From Moniliella sp. 'wahieum' (lineage: Eukaryota): a DNA stretch of 64,000 nt. This document shows positions 62,373 through 64,000 of the stretch, one piece after another (within the stretch, counting starts at the first letter, position 1; each line of letters starts with the position of its first letter). Below the pieces are notes generated by a model. The model was not told the origin of the DNA. It saw only the letters and a program-made list of their open reading frames with translations, and made no database searches. The translations under genes and the position numbers were made by a program. Location of the stretch: positions 62,001 to 126,000 of the forward strand of contig RSEE01000122.1 of assembly GCA_003971905.1 (NCBI GenBank). The letters run 5' to 3'.

Positions 62373-63390
62373 ATGTTTCGCAACACGTACGACAGCGACA
62401 ACACCACCTTCAGCCCCAGGGCCGTCTCCACCAGGTCGAGTACGCCTGCGAGGCTGTCAAGCAGGGCTCCGCCGTCGTCGGCTTGCGCAGCAAGACCACG
62501 CCGTGCTCGTCGCCCTCAAGCGCGCCCCCAGCGAGTTGGCCGCCTACCAGAACAAGACGCTCAAGATCGACAAACCACATGGGCATTGGCTATGCTGGCC
62601 TTACGTCCGATGCGCGTGTGGAGCCACTACATGCGCCAACTGGCCCTGAGCTCCCGCTTGGTGTACAACCGCCCCTTGCCCCTGGCTCGCATTGTCGGGT
62701 CGCTGGCGGACCGCGCCCAGCTGAATACGATGCACTATGGCAAACGGCCCTATGGTGTCGGCTTCTTGATTGTTGGCGTCGATGCCACCGGACCGCACCT
62801 CTACGAGTTTTCCCCCACGGGCAATTGCTGGGAATACTACGCCATGGCCCTGGGCGCCCGCTCTCAGAGCAGCAAGACGTACCTCGAACGCAGCCTCGAC
62901 GAATTGCCCGACCTGTCCAAGGAGAGTAGTGGTGCTCAAGGGACTCTATGCCCTCCGAGAGTCTCCAGCAGGGAAAGGAGTTGAAGAAGGAAGCTGTCTC
63001 ATCGCTGTCGTCGGTCCTAACGCTCATGTGCTCGCGTCTAAGCTTGCCCCGGGCCAGGCGGAGCGGTTCGAGATCATCGATGGCGACGATGTCCAATCTT
63101 GGTTAGACCGGTACGTTGCCATTCGCAGTTTATCTCCATGTTATGTTATCTTGTGCTGTGGGGGAGACAAGCAGAGCCGAGCTGACCATTTTCGTTGGGG
63201 GGGGAGAACAGACTGCCAGCACGTCCTACGCGGCGGAGCGGCTGCCGCTCTCCAAGGCCACCCGGTCCCACCACCCGCCCCGGCCGAGGCGCCTACCGAT
63301 GCGCCCACCGAGCCTACCGATGCGCCCGCCACAGCGCCTACGGACGACGCACCGGCCCAGACGGACGAGGATGTGCAGATGCACGACTGA
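62373..63390 (+). CDS. PRE5: 20S proteasome subunit alpha-6
   Basis: MFRNTYDSDNTTFSP, KQGSAVVGLRSK, ALKRAPSELAAYQ, GYAGLTSDARV, RPYGVGFLIVG, ALGARSQSSKTYLE; intron 63111-63211; several indels. Confidence 0.95.
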
Positions 63391-64000
63391 GATGCGGCGG
63401 CGTGATCCTGCGTGCGGCCCACCTGGACCCACCAATGGAACCCACAACTGCTACGCACAGTTGTCTCGATGTGGATGGTAGGACGGATAGGCGCGGCTAG
63501 GGTAGCTCAACCGTCGCGTGATAGTGTGTAGCAAAATGGAATGGTACGTGGCCTTTGGCAAATACTGCGAAACTGGGGACGTTGGCTGCCCCTCTCGTTT
63601 GTCTTGCCTGTGTTGGTGGGGTAGGGGGTGACAGTGAGCAAGATGAGCAGAGCAGATGAGAGATGAGCAAGATGAGCAGATGAGCAAGGTGCCTGCCCCC
63701 ATACCCAGCAGGCTCAGAGCGGGCGTGGGGTGTGGGGCTACAACCTACCCGACCAGACCGGACCCGAGTGACTTGAGCAGGCTGATGGGCCTGAGACTGA
63801 GCGTGAGCAGCCGGCTAGCACCCTTCTGTATTGACGTGATCTCGATGATCCTTACTTGTTTCCGCGATATCATCACCACCACCACCGCTGTCGTCACCAC
63901 CACCACCACCATCACCATCATCTGCCAAGGGCAACCCACCCGGTCCCTTGGACATTCATTAGTGGTACCCTTTGCCAATAACAGGAGATGGCGATGGGAG

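Noticed and set aside
1..63390. Frameshifts in NCL1, FBA1, RPL34, MDH1, HEM15, PRE5 and others as pseudogenisation or programmed frameshifting
   Set aside because: They hit many essential genes, often at homopolymers or short repeats, and the flanking residues stay conserved; this is best explained by uncorrected long-read indels

Overview
GC-rich, intron-poor fungal nuclear DNA, most likely basidiomycete (Clp1-like gene; GT..CTRAC..YAG introns; an Ustilaginomycotina-like style is inferred, not proven). Many conserved genes carry single-base indels, which look like long-read assembly errors, so gene ends are approximate. Recognisable genes: CDC73 (5' part), NCL1/TRM4, two divergent pirins, RNase H2 subunit B, TIM10, FBA1, a Sel1-repeat Chs4/Skt5-like gene, RPL34, Rab18-like, TRAPPC2L-like, HEM15, a BTB protein, a redoxin, ATP10, MDH1, COX4, Clp1-like, ZNF207-like, an AAD-type aldo-keto reductase and PRE5, plus two intron-containing tRNA-Ser(AGA) genes. 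Less obvious elements read from the sequence: (1) two spliced non-coding host genes, each carrying two intronic box C/D snoRNAs with atypical C boxes; (2) a young 3.66-kb chromovirus-type LTR element with near-identical LTRs, a 5-bp TSD and a self-priming PBS, encoding Gag and integrase-chromodomain but no RT or RNase H; (3) an orphan locus with six copies of an unrecognised LLPP...WPxxLxxxYPLL module; (4) a roughly 1-kb inverted-repeat-rich candidate structured ncRNA upstream of PRE5; (5) pervasive 7-bp-period micro-tandems in non-coding DNA. rRNA target positions are quoted from memory of yeast/human rRNA and need checking.
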